Assembly (NCBI GenBank): GCA_964035545.1
Contig: OZ037766.1
Span: 26,626,343 to 26,690,342 of the forward strand
Origin: Bugula neritina
Lineage: Eukaryota > Animalia > Bryozoa
DNA length: 64,000 bases
Reading direction: 5' to 3'
Made by a program: the position numbers and the translations under genes. Positions 1-12,800 of the stretch are shown piece after piece. The notes beneath the pieces are model-generated. The model was not told where the DNA came from. It did not search any database and saw only the letters and a list, made by a program, of their open reading frames with translations. Position 1 is the stretch's first letter. Each line of letters begins with the position of its first letter.

Positions 1-831
1 TGTTATTTTCATATACTAAAGTTATAATAGTATATAGACTAATAGATAGATACCAACTATTTTGAAAATAATTATATACCAGAAAAACATGTATTTATAT
101 TTCCAAAACTGAGCATATATTATATATTTTATTTGTTGTTGATTCTTATTGTTGAATTTGTTTTTATACCTTTGCACATGTCTTGACTTTATGTTTATAA
201 GTGATAAATTGGAGTTACTAAAATACTAGATGTTCATTTATGAGCTACGCTTTTCATCCAAATTGGTAATGCTTCTCCCTCGAACAGGAAACTTAATAAA
301 CAAATAGTAAATAAAGACTATACTATTGTTACCATGCCACATTTTGTGTTACGAGAGTGTGTCCATAGCTGCTTTTTTATATTTCTGTCAGAATGATATT
401 TAATATGACAATACATATAATATGATGAAAAATATGCCTCCTACATAATTAATTAAGGGTATAGGTACAAATTTATTCAGAAAAATAATGAGCATTTCAA
501 TCTATGAAAACAGTAGGTCACAATTTCAACTCACGCTTATATATTAGATAGCTGAATAAGTCTTGGTGTAGTGATAAATCTGGGCAAATGCACGTGTATT
601 GATAAAAAAAAACAACAAATAGTATAAAAAAAACATGCTGTTGAGTTGGAGGAGCAAGTGACCGTGTCAGAGCATTAAAAGTATTTAAAACTTTTTCCTT
701 CAAGACTTTTCCCTTAACTGTCAATAAAACAATACCAACTAAACCTTTCTATAAGCTATTGCTGCTGAACAAGACACAAAATTCCTTGCTAACGATTAAC
801 AGTGAGGCAACAATTGAAGTACATTGTAAAG

Positions 832-1623
832 CTAAGTGGGACTAGGTTCAGATTGATTTTGAGATGCCACTATCTTCTGCATCTGGATTTCTTGTTCTCT
901 AAGCAAGTTGTCTTGTTTTTTAGCTTGAAGTTCCGAGAAAATAACCATTAGTCTATTGTTTGACTGTAGATGTTTCCAGAAACAGTTGTGTGTGCACATC
1001 GCCTGAAATAAAATTTAATTTAGAAATTTTGTTAGTTTTTAAAAAACTCCACATGAATTATATATGCAAGATATTATTTTCATGAACAACACAACTTGAT
1101 AAAACTTTACTGAGATTAGAAAAAACCTAGCATATTATCATTCACCCGTTATCATTACACAAAAGCTCTTTCTTAAATATAATTTGATGATTACAACTTA
1201 CTTCGGAGTTGTTCAACTTTCTTTGATTCATATCGTAGACACAAGAGTTGAAACAGTTCTCGGTAATTCTGTTGTACATCATCATAAGGTCTCGAAACTA
1301 CAAACAAAGCCTTTATTTTAGATTAAAACTTCTCTTTTATAGTACAAGTAAACAGTTGCATAAAAAAACTTTAGTACATTAACAATGCAAGTTCCTAAAA
1401 ATTCAAGATACAGGCTGGCAAGAAAGAACTTGCAGTTGAGATTTTAATATAATTATGCTGTTCTTAGGAAATCTTTATGTATTTGCATTCGACAGAAACT
1501 TTTTGAAAAACTTCAATTATTAATTCAATATTTGAATTTCAGCTCCACTAACAAAAACTTGAAGTTTAAAACTTTGGTATTGATTTATCAAAAAAGAAAA
1601 CTTACTTGAGTAGCATGATCCAT
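832..1623 (-). CDS. TIMM10B: Mitochondrial small Tim chaperone Tim10B (Tim9b/FXC1), 3 coding exons
   Basis: Exons 1606-1623, 1202-1297 and 832-1002 with GT-AG boundaries give MDHATQ-FRDLMMMYNRITENCFNSCVYDMNQRKLNNSE-AMCTHNCFWKHLQSNNRLMVIFSELQAKKQ...PSPT*. Twin CX3C motif. FRD..YNR.TE.CF and SN.RLM match Tim10B better than Tim9. Confidence 0.88.
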
Positions 1624-2189
1624 GGTGATGTAATTTTAGAGTTTTTTTATAATCTGCCTTGAATAATACTGTGAATTATCTGAAAACAAACAAAGTATTT
1701 AGATGTAAAGTAAACAATTACAATACAATAATCGAATACTGTTGGGTAAATATTTATTGCCATAGTTCTCCACTAACTCGTGCAAAAAATTGGCTCTTTG
1801 AAAGAGCCAACCTCAAATGGTAGGAAACAGCCATGATCATCTAAATTACTTCAATGATTAGTCATTAAACCAAACATTTTCAATTCACATCAAAATTAAA
1901 TTAGTTAATCTATACACCGACAAATATATTTTTATTCCAACAATGACAAGCTCTTTAGAGACTTTAATTCTCACCCTAGCTAGTCACTTAGATAAAAAAT
2001 ACTATTCAATACTGATGAGTGGGAATTTTTCATATTTTACAAAACTGACACCAAAAGCTCACATAAAACTCAGAGTTTAACAGACATTGTACATCTACAG
2101 TTAGAAATGCAAGTAACATACTAGAATGCATTAAATACCTATACTATTTATGGTGCATTCATATAATAAAATTATTTGCATGTCATTGA

Positions 2190-2415
2190 TAAGCTGATTT
2201 CTAGATATTTAGAGGCGTCATCTGCGAAAAGATTAATATTACAGTTCATAAGCTTAGAGATATCGTTTATATATGCAAGAAGCAATGTAGGACCAAGAAC
2301 AGATCCTCACGAAACACCTGTTGCAACCATTAGTTCAAAAGAGATCTGTCCATCTAGTATTGCTTTGTTTTTTCTCCAGCAGTCGCAGACAGTCATAAAT
2401 TCACACCAAATGACT
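2190..2415 (-). mobile_element. Decayed CR1/L2-type LINE reverse transcriptase fragment
   Basis: Minus strand reads ...ILDGQISFELMVATGVS*GSVLGPTLLLAYINDISKLMNCNINLFADDAS, i.e. GVPQGSVLGP and FADD motifs with an in-frame stop. Confidence 0.85.
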
Positions 2416-3828
2416 ATTATTATGATAAACTTAAAAGTATGAGGCTATGAGTGACTTGATATTCGCATTCAAAACAACATTCACTTTTAGCTGTACATTG
2501 AGTTTTACACGAAAAGGTCGTGAAATTGAATATTAAGATCAAGATGAAGTGATGATCATGATGAACTCAAATATTAAAATAAACAATAAAACATGAAGTT
2601 AAAATTAATAAATAATTTAATGTATTAATAATAATATTATTATTAATATTATAATTATTTATAACAACTTATGCTTATAAAAATAGAATTAAAGTGGCGG
2701 TGCAATTAAATTAATTTAATTACAATTTATAATAATTAATAATATCTATATTTTATTATTTATATTATAATAAATAACAATTATTATATAACTTAAATTA
2801 CTATTAATATTTAATATTATAACTATAAAATTGCATACTTAAAATTAGTTTTATTACGACTACTTATTATTTATTACTATTACTATTAGTATTACTATTA
2901 GTATGAGTATTATTATTACTGATGAGAGATGAATATTAAACCAGTTAATGTTATACTAATACTTATAATTTAAATTATACTAATAATATTAATAATATTC
3001 ATATTGTAATTGATATTCAGCACGAAGTCGAATGTTTACCATGTTTATTATTTATACCAATAGACATAAAACAAAAAAGTGGCAATACTAAACTTTTATC
3101 CATTCTGATAGTCATAGTATAGCTATATGTATTTAAGTAAACTGGCTTTACAGAACTTTACTTTTAGGCTCGTCATTCACTCATATTCATAGGCGCAATC
3201 TCACATTTCACAGAAGCTTCGAACGGAAACGCTAGTAAGTTTGTTTAAATGGAAACGCTGATGCATTTATGATTATATGCCTCCCTAATAACATCGCATA
3301 TAAATAATCAAAATCTCGATTATTAGTTAAAAGCCATTCTTAGCATGTAGGAGCTCCTTGAAGAGTTTAGGCAAGCTTTGAGAGAGCAACTCCAGCTTCC
3401 TCACACTGAATTCGTGCTTGGATTTTTAACTAATTGATATTTAAGACTTTCACTGCTCTGGATGGTGCTAGCATGCATATATAATCTTAAAATAGTTGTA
3501 AATTTTACAGAAACATAATGTGACAGCTCTTATTGTATTTTCATTGAAAATAATATTTATAAAGCCATGCTTTGATGCTGGAGCTAATTATAGAAGCTTT
3601 ACAGTATATTTTAACTTCAATTAGAGCAGAACTTCAATTAAAACCATAAGGACCATATTATAATGATCTGACCTCAACCTATAATACAATATAATTATGC
3701 CTAAAAATTATAAGCAAATCAAATTTCTATCCTTGAAGAATCATAGTCTATTTGAAAATTAAATGAGCATGTGGCTAACATAGACCAAGTCACTTGTAAG
3801 TAAATCTACAGGATTATTAAACTTTCAA

Positions 3829-6800
3829 ATGAGAGCACTAGTAAAATATTATAAGTATGGACTTGGCGGAAGTGCTTACAAACTTCTACTTTTACTCTGC
3901 TGTATGCTATCTATATTTTTATTAATTCTTTCTTACTACACAATCATCACTCCAGAAGTTGAAACTCCTGGAAAACACCATCTATTTCATATGCGTCAAG
4001 CAGTAGCTCAGTCTGAAATATCCATTCTTCTCAAAGAAAGTTCATTACCTTCAAGACAGTGGGCACCAAGGTTTAATTTAGCACCAAAACTTCAGAAGGA
4101 ATATCAAGTGCAAGAAGCTCTTCAAATGTAAGTAATTAACTCTAATTAAATAACTTACAAAGTTTACATAAGAAAGTACAATTTCTGTATGCATGTAGGC
4201 TTGTAATTATGAACCATATATGTATATTATGTTGTAGTATTTGTTTAGTTGTACTTGCTGCATTCTCATTATTTAAGCAAAACTTATATGCAATTATGTA
4301 ACTATGGTATAAATATGGCATATATTGTTATTTATACAAGCAACCTATGCACTTATTTTTTAAATATTATTTATGTCTTAGGGCACAAGTTGCAATCTGT
4401 TATTCAATTTGCTCATGCTTCCAGCTTTTGATTTAAAAACATCTAATTTTCCTCAAAACACAAATTTATTAAACTAATTACATTTTGCTTTTACCTATAC
4501 CTTAAATGCTTTTTAACTGCCCAATTAGTTTCTATCTAAAAAGATTGCACGTTGCTTACAGTTTAGTAGCAGTATATAGATTAAATTATAAAAAGAAGTT
4601 AACTGCAAAAGTGAAAAAACTTATAACATAATATATATTCTTTTGTAAAGCTAGGGAAAGCATAACATTCACTTATTTTTTATTATTCTAAGCAACTAAA
4701 ATATAATCTAACTGCCTATATTTCCACTATAATACATGTATATACAACACACAAGGGAAATTATAGCTGTAAAAATTACAATATTTTCTCTTATTATGTT
4801 GCGAAAAAAATGTTTTACAAAACATAGCCACAGCATATACACACACGTTTTAGCTCACAGTAGATTTAGTCGTCTGTAGATGTTGTAACATGAGTGAAAG
4901 AATGAAAGCAGTGCATATAGTTTTATAACATATCTTAGCACAGCGAATACACTTTTATTAATTAGATACAGATTATTTATTGACCACATGTTATATAGAT
5001 ACATACAATATTATAAAACATGTTATCAATATAGTTTATATAACAATACTCACAACATACTATTCCTATGCAATCCAACCTTTATGTGATTGAAATAAGG
5101 CTGTAATATAGTGTATGTATATTATGTATAAATACAATATTATATATAGCATATGTAGCATATATGCTATAATACAACGTAATTTGAGTTGGTGATTGAT
5201 ATAAACAAGTAGTAACTGTTGGTGGAGGTTGTAACGTAACATTTATCTGCATAAATAATAATTAGGCTTATAATTTGTGACTATATATTTATATAATCTA
5301 CAATTGTAATATAATTATATAATTCCCCAGCTGTGAATAATGTCATATGCATAGTGTTTAAACTCTACTGCATGTAAGTAATAATTATACACATGTATGT
5401 CACCCCTCTATATAATGAATGTATTACATAACATGACAGACAGCTGAGATTTATTTATTGCCTATGCTAAATTATCTGCTACAATTAAATGATAAGTAAA
5501 TATCTGATTTACAGAAAAAAGTGCTCAGCAATGGATACATCAGCTATGTCTAATTTAAGTACTAAACCACACTAATTTATTCGTATAATATACTCTAAAA
5601 TCTAATATAAACCAGGTTAGTTTTTAAAAAGCATGCTATATAATAGAATTTGACTTTTTTCAAGCTTTGCATGTGAAAAAAGTTAAGCTCCTAATCATTC
5701 TTGAAGCTCTTCTGGTACAAACAAAAACGTCAACACCTGACAACTACATTTCATCAGAATTATAGATAGTGCTATGACTGCCGAACATTTGCAAATATCT
5801 GAAATCTAGGCAACTTTTCATGCCACACACATTTTAAATCAAATTTAGGAAGGGCACCTAAATACATATTTGCTTTGCAGGTGGTAAACTTTAGATATAC
5901 GGCCACATAAACTCTGAATTCAAACATTTTTTGCTCCAATAGAGGGGTTTCAGACATCCCTCCAGAGGAATTTGTATTTTAAAGTTGTCTCCCCCTACAG
6001 GTATTGGGGGCAGTCTCCATGATATATAGAAGGCCCATAAAATAAGTAGAGATGTATGGTTTGAGTGAAGACTACTACTAGTATAAGTTTCATTTTTTCT
6101 GAGATTATTATTTTGGCATAGGTACACATATGAGCAGTTTCAGAATTTTTTTAAAAAAATTTGTTAATGATAAATGGCACAGAAAGAAAACTTCAAAGCA
6201 TATTTGTGGTTTTAGTTATTGAGCAAATCTGAAGCTGGCAGCTGTCATTATTATTTGCTTTGCTGACTGTAACCAGTCTGGTTAGAGCTGCTAACCTTTC
6301 AACTCTTAGAACAATAATAACATGCTCGTACACTATATAGCTGCACTAGTGGGCTCTGTCTTACTGAACTCCAAATGCTCCAAATTATGGGTTGGAACAC
6401 ATGCCTGTACGTTTATGAAGGCACTGGCTCATTTGTATTAACATGTTCACGTACTTACACACCTACACTATGAAAATAACTAAGCCACCCTACTATCTAA
6501 TATTTCTATATATCAAAAAAATTATTATAAATATAAAGATATGTATTAAAATAGATAGATTAAATTTGTAATTTCAAACAACATCTTATCTAAAAATGCC
6601 AAACACTGTATAACTATATATATTTTTTAAAAGCATTTGTTTACATGGCATGCCTGCAAGTCAATGAAAATATTTAGAGAACAGTAAAAAGAAGCATATA
6701 AATTTCAGAATAGTTTCTTCTTTTCTGAGATGAATATTTTGGAAATGTCCCACCATTCAACATTTAAATTAAGTCTGTAAAAAAAATTTCACAGTGTATT

Positions 6801-9800
6801 TTCAATAAATAACTATTCTTGCAAGCTGTTTGTATACCAACATTCCTAATAAAGAAATGTTTTTGGAGCATTGTAAATTGTATACTGCTGCATTGCAGAA
6901 AAAAAATCATCAAAAAAAAGCACTTTTCAGCCAAAGCAACTTATTTTGTTTTCAAAAAAAGTTGAAATGTACATTTAGTACCAGCTGTAAAGTATAGAAA
7001 GAACGAACTATGTCATAATGACTGCATTCTTATGACACTAATAAAATTAAGATTGGCTTTACTCCATACGGGTCTTGCTCAAAGGTGGAGTTCTAAATAA
7101 TGCTACTAAGTTTCACTAAATTCCCAGATAATACTTTTTATATCAAATCATTTGGCTTTACTGATTTAGCTATATTATGTACATTTTGTACTTATTTATC
7201 TCTAGGTCAGATTTCAGCCATATATTTGACCGCATTGCTATACTTCCTTTGTGCCAGCATTCTCTCCTTTATATCTTTTTTGTGGTTTCTAATAATTTTC
7301 AGTGGTATGTCACTGTATGTAAACTATGTGAACCATCAGGCTATCTCTTATACAATGCATGCTGCTATAAGAATAACAGCAGCTGTTTTGTATTCAATCA
7401 ACCTCGTTGCAAGAATTTTGTTTGCTTGAAGCTCTCTGTTGAGTAGCTGTCTCTCTATATTACATAACTGCTTATTCAAGAAAGTGCACGATGAGAACTG
7501 TCCAACTTTAGCTGTCTAACTTAAATTACATTATATAGGATTACATCACTACATAATAAGCTGATTAAACAACACATATAAATCGGCCAAAAACACTACA
7601 CACTTGACTAGCTCTAGTTGGACTCATTTATATTTCGAGTTTTTTACATTACTTGAACATGCTTTAGCCAATTTGTTGCATTATTTTTCATCCATACATG
7701 TAATACAAAGATTTAGTATATTATTTTTTAGGTTTGGATTGTCTAATAGGCAGGTATTGCAGATATTTAATCAGACTGCGAAGTTGCTTAGAGAAGCTCT
7801 AAATCCAATGATAGTATTTTATCGACACAAGGAGGTTAATAAAACAATTCCACCTCAATGAACTTTGACCTAGTTAACTAGACCACTGTAAAATGGCATG
7901 CCAGAACAAACACAAACCAGCTTGCAAGAATAATTATTCATTGAAAATACACTGTGAAAAATTCTTTTACAGACTTAATTTAAATGTTGAATTGTGGGAC
8001 ATTTCCAAAATATTTATCTCAGAAAAGAAGAAACTATTCTGAAATTTATATGCTTCCTTTTACTGTTCTTTAAATATTTTCATTGACTTGCAGGCATGCC
8101 ATGTAAACAAATGCTTTTAAAAAATATATATAGTTATACAGTGTTTGGCATTTTTAGATAAGATGTTGTTTGAAATTACAAATTTAATCTATCTATTTTA
8201 ATACATATCTTTATATTTATAATAATTTTTTTGATATATAGAAATATTAGATAGTAGGGTGGCTTAGTTATTTTCATAGTATAGGTGTGTAAGTACGTGA
8301 ACATGTTAATACAAATGAGCCAGTGCCTTCATAAACGTACAGGCATGTGTTCCAACCCATAATTTGGAGCATTTGGAGTTCAGTAAGACAGAGCCCACTA
8401 GTGCAGCTATATAGTGTACGAGCATGTTATTATTGTTCTAAGAGTTGAAAGGTTAGCAGCTCTAACCAGACTGGTTACAGTCAGCAAAGCAAATAATAAT
8501 GACAGCTGCCAGCTTCAGATTTGCTCAATAACCAAAACCACAAATATGCTTTGAAGTTTTCTTTTTGTGCCATTTATCATTAACAAAATTTTTTAAAAAA
8601 TTTCTGAAACTGCTCATATGTGTACCTATGCCAAAATATTAATCTCAGAAAAAATGAAACTTATACTAGTAGTAGTCTTCACTCAAACCATATATCTCTA
8701 CTTATTTTATGGGCCTTCTATATATCATTGAGACTGCCCCCAATCCCTGTAGGGGGAGGCAACTTTAAAATACAAATTCCTCTGGAGGGATGTCTGAAAC
8801 CCCTCTATTATGTTATAATCTATAGCTATGATATAATATGTTTGATGCTATAATCTAGTGCATGTGAATTTGTGTTATTTTTGAAGAAATGCTACTATAG
8901 AAAAAGATGACATGCACCCACGAACAGAGCTAGAAGAAAATTTAATAAAGAACGTAATAAATGCTACTAAAGCTATTGCAAAAAGCCAACTATTGAACTC
9001 AAGAAGTGAGACGGATACCTTGCTGAGAGATGCATTTACTCAGGTAAAAGTAAAATCTATTCTATAGCTATAAATTTTTGAGTGTTTTTATTCTCTCTAC
9101 ACAATAACGAATAATCACTCTTTAGCTGAAGGAATTTTTATCATCATCATCATAGCTGTCTTTTTACGACAATTTGACTGTTTTCAATTAAGTTTAATCA
9201 AACATCTCCATCCGTCTCTACATTTAGCCTTCCTTTGCTAACTATTCTCTGTCTCTATCTACCTTTTTCACATTTTGCTTTACAGTGTCTTTAAATCTCA
9301 GTCTAGGCTTTCCTTGAATTTCAATATTACAGCTAAAATAGCACATTTATTGCTCATTGCCAGTTAAATATCACTGAGTTCTGTTTAACACATGTTTTGC
9401 ATTTTGCCAACAACTCATCTTAGAGTGAAATATGAGAGGTTATTTCGAAAATGAACATAGGTGTTGTTAACCTTCTTTTAATAGTTGTCTGGTGTGCTGG
9501 TTGATTTGGGCTACAAAAATGAATTGGAAAACTTTCAACAGTCCTTAGTCCCAGCTCCTCACAAGGTTAAAAACTTGGATGTGTGCCAAGAGCAATACCT
9601 CAAAAAAGATTCTTCAGAAGCAGATTTAAGATTTAGGTTATATAGAGATAGTAAGTGACAAACATAATATGAAATTTATTATTTTGATGGAAAAAATCAC
9701 TTCAGTCATTACAGTAATTTATGTATTTATTATTGTATAATGTTTAACAACTGTACAATATACTTTAGTTTATAGTAGTAGAATCTATGTTCACATTCAT

Positions 9801-12800
9801 GTATTTTAGTTTATGTCTACTATAGCTATTTACATACACTGATGTATTATTCTAACAGTTGTAAACGTCTATTAAACATATATTAATGCATGATGCCTAC
9901 TAATGACTATATGCAATTATATTAATATAATTAAATATATGCCAATATTTATACTTATGCATGCAGAGCTTGTATATATTTTCAGTTGGATTCTACCAGG
10001 AGAACTGTACAGACGTCCCACAATTCCATTCTCTACTGACCCTAGTATATAACTTTGTACATTATGACAGTAAATATCATTCCTATATACCAGAACTTCT
10101 TCATGAAGCTAATAATCTCTACACTAACCTGCCAATACTAGCAGCTATACCAAAAAACTTGTTTATAAACGATAAAGATTTCAGAAATACAACACTCATC
10201 AGGGTGAATGCAAGGTGAGAAGTTCATACAGCAGCCAACCTTTTTACTTATGTTTTTATGCTTAACCAATATGTTTGGGATGCATTCAATAGATAGATTT
10301 CAACTCAATTTTATCTGTTATTTTTATATATAATTATTGTAATTATAATACATATCTTATAAAGTAGAAAATATTATATCAATATAGTATGAAATGTTGT
10401 TTTTAGTATGGCTGAATCAGATATATGGAATAGTCTGGTAACTAAAGTAAAGACCAAGTATGTATACATTGGAAGAAATGTTATCAAGTTTACATGGCAT
10501 GATAGATTAGAAAGACTAGTCAGAGAAATCAACAATCTAGAAGCTTCTGTTGTTGCTTCCTCTTACAGGACTCTGCAATCTGGAGTGGTAAGACATGAGT
10601 CATGGATTGGAAAATATTATATTTCATGTTTTATTATCAAAAGTGTATTATTGAATATAGTTGCATTAAAGCAATAATTCTATACTAAATACTTTTCAGT
10701 GGAGTAATGGATGTGAACAGTCCAAGATATACAATTATATATTGGAGTACAGACGTGGGTATAAGACATCTAAAGAAGAGTGTCTAGTATGTGATCATGT
10801 GCATGGACCATTTGTAACTCTCACTGCTTTGGCTCAAGAGGTATTACATAGGCTATTCTTTAAAGTCTCTAACAAACAGCGTAGAAATATGAACAGTAAA
10901 TAACCTAGCAAAAGGCTAAACTAAAATTTCAACAGAGCATTTTTCAGAAGTAATGCCAGTTTATTAACTTGTGACTCGTTTAAACTAAAACAAGCTTTTT
11001 TTATAAGAGAGGTAATATTACTGAAATCTAAGTATTATCATCTAAGATGTTATGATATGTAATATATATTATTTATTGATAAATATGTAGATCTAGATTA
11101 ATCTGCATTGAGATACATCATTGCTAGTTGCATGAAAACTGTTTACTACCTATATAATTATCCTAATGTTTAGATCATTATTGCATTAATGAGATTGGGG
11201 CTGTTTTAACAAGTAAAATGCTGGAATGACAAGGTCAATATATTGTGTTAAAAATTACATTAGGCAGAGTATAAAGCAATTATTTCAGTATTCAACAGTT
11301 ACAGAGCTGTAGCATTCTGTAGTCAGATCTTCTTTGACAAGCAAAAATCCTGCCACAAGAATTTTTCAGGCAACAAATGTTTGAGATGGGCACTATTAGA
11401 GTTACTGCATGATTAACTTTTTCCATGCTTGGTTTCACTATTTATTGTCAAAAACTATATTCTGTTGCAATTATATTAACTTTCACTCATTCACTCTCAA
11501 TAATGAAAGATAGATAGAAATAACAATGTAAAAATTGAAAAACCATAAGTACCTAATCAATTGAATAGCTCGTTAAACCTGTTCATAGCATAAACTCTCA
11601 CAAAGCAGTCTTGATGCCTGCGCAAAGTTTGGACTAGCAGCATGTTAGAAATTCCGTTTCATATACAGCATGTTTTAAACTTCAACTAGGTGCAGTTGTA
11701 ACTATTTGTCATGTTTTAGTTGTAAAACAAATAAACGTCAGATACTCACCAAAGCTTAAAAATCAATCATTTACTTGAAATAAAGAATATCAATTTTGTG
11801 CGACAAATTATTGCATCAAGTGCATCATCTATGAACTGCAAGAGAACAAGTCTTTTTTAAACCTTATAAAAAGTTTATACATATGTCTGTCAGATATGCA
11901 CTAGAATTTTTTGCAGAATCCTTTTACATCGCAAAGCTCTATAACGAGTTCTATGGCTGACTGGTTTCTACAACTTAAAAATCAAGCAAAAATGGTTGTC
12001 TCATGTCCAGATGCAATGGCGTTTGTATTTGATGAGAGCCAAGTGAAGACAACTAAGAACGACTGGAAAGAGCTAGCACTCTCCTTACAGGTAGCATTCT
12101 ATAAATTCAGAGTAAATTTTGTTCAGAACTTGTGATCAAGTTGCTGCTGATTTTCATTACAATGTTAAGCTTAATTGTATGATTGTTTATTTGTGACGAC
12201 GAAGCCGTAATGAACATTTTAAAACAGTTCAACATTATATTGATAGACGAATTAGATCAAGTGGGAATTTGAAGTTTAACATATAGGTAAAGAAAAAGAT
12301 AAACTAACACATATTCACATGTCCAGCTAATTTTGCCTTAAGCCAACATATTCAAATTATTAATTTTGGTTTCATTATTAATATTATAAAAAGACAGCCA
12401 CGGCCACAAACTTCCTTAAAATAACAACTAATGCTGATGTATTGTATTTTTATAGATTGAATCCATCTACCTGAGTGATAACCAGGTGCTAGAATTTAGT
12501 TGTGAAGAAGCAAACACCAAATGCACCGGGAAGTTCAGACCAAAAGGCATGCTGGTGTCACGGTGCTGTAGAAATGAACTATCTCAGGCTATCCAATTTG
12601 TGATGCAAATGTGTAGGGTAAGCTACTTTTCTTACACCATTAGTAAATAACCTAATAGAAACATTCCAACAGAAGAAATCGAAAAATTGCATCATAAGAA
12701 TGTCATGTTTCAGTTAAATAAATAGTACATTTTTATAACAAAATACATCTAGCATCAAATCTAAATCTGTAACCAAAGTTGATTTATAGTATAATGATAT

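Noticed and set aside
5515-5614. Third alternative exon of the LicD gene (tacag...cag|gttagt)
   Set aside because: Stop codons in all three frames and no similarity to the other two candidate exons.
7050-7446. Hydrophobic 109-aa ORF or decayed minus-strand coding sequence in the inverted-repeat spacer
   Set aside because: No recognisable family. Hydrophobicity follows from T-rich DNA, and the minus frames have several stops.
5891-8853. Two near-identical 77-78 aa ORFs as a duplicated gene
   Set aside because: They are mirror images from the inverted repeat over MITE-like DNA, with no recognisable domain or splice context.
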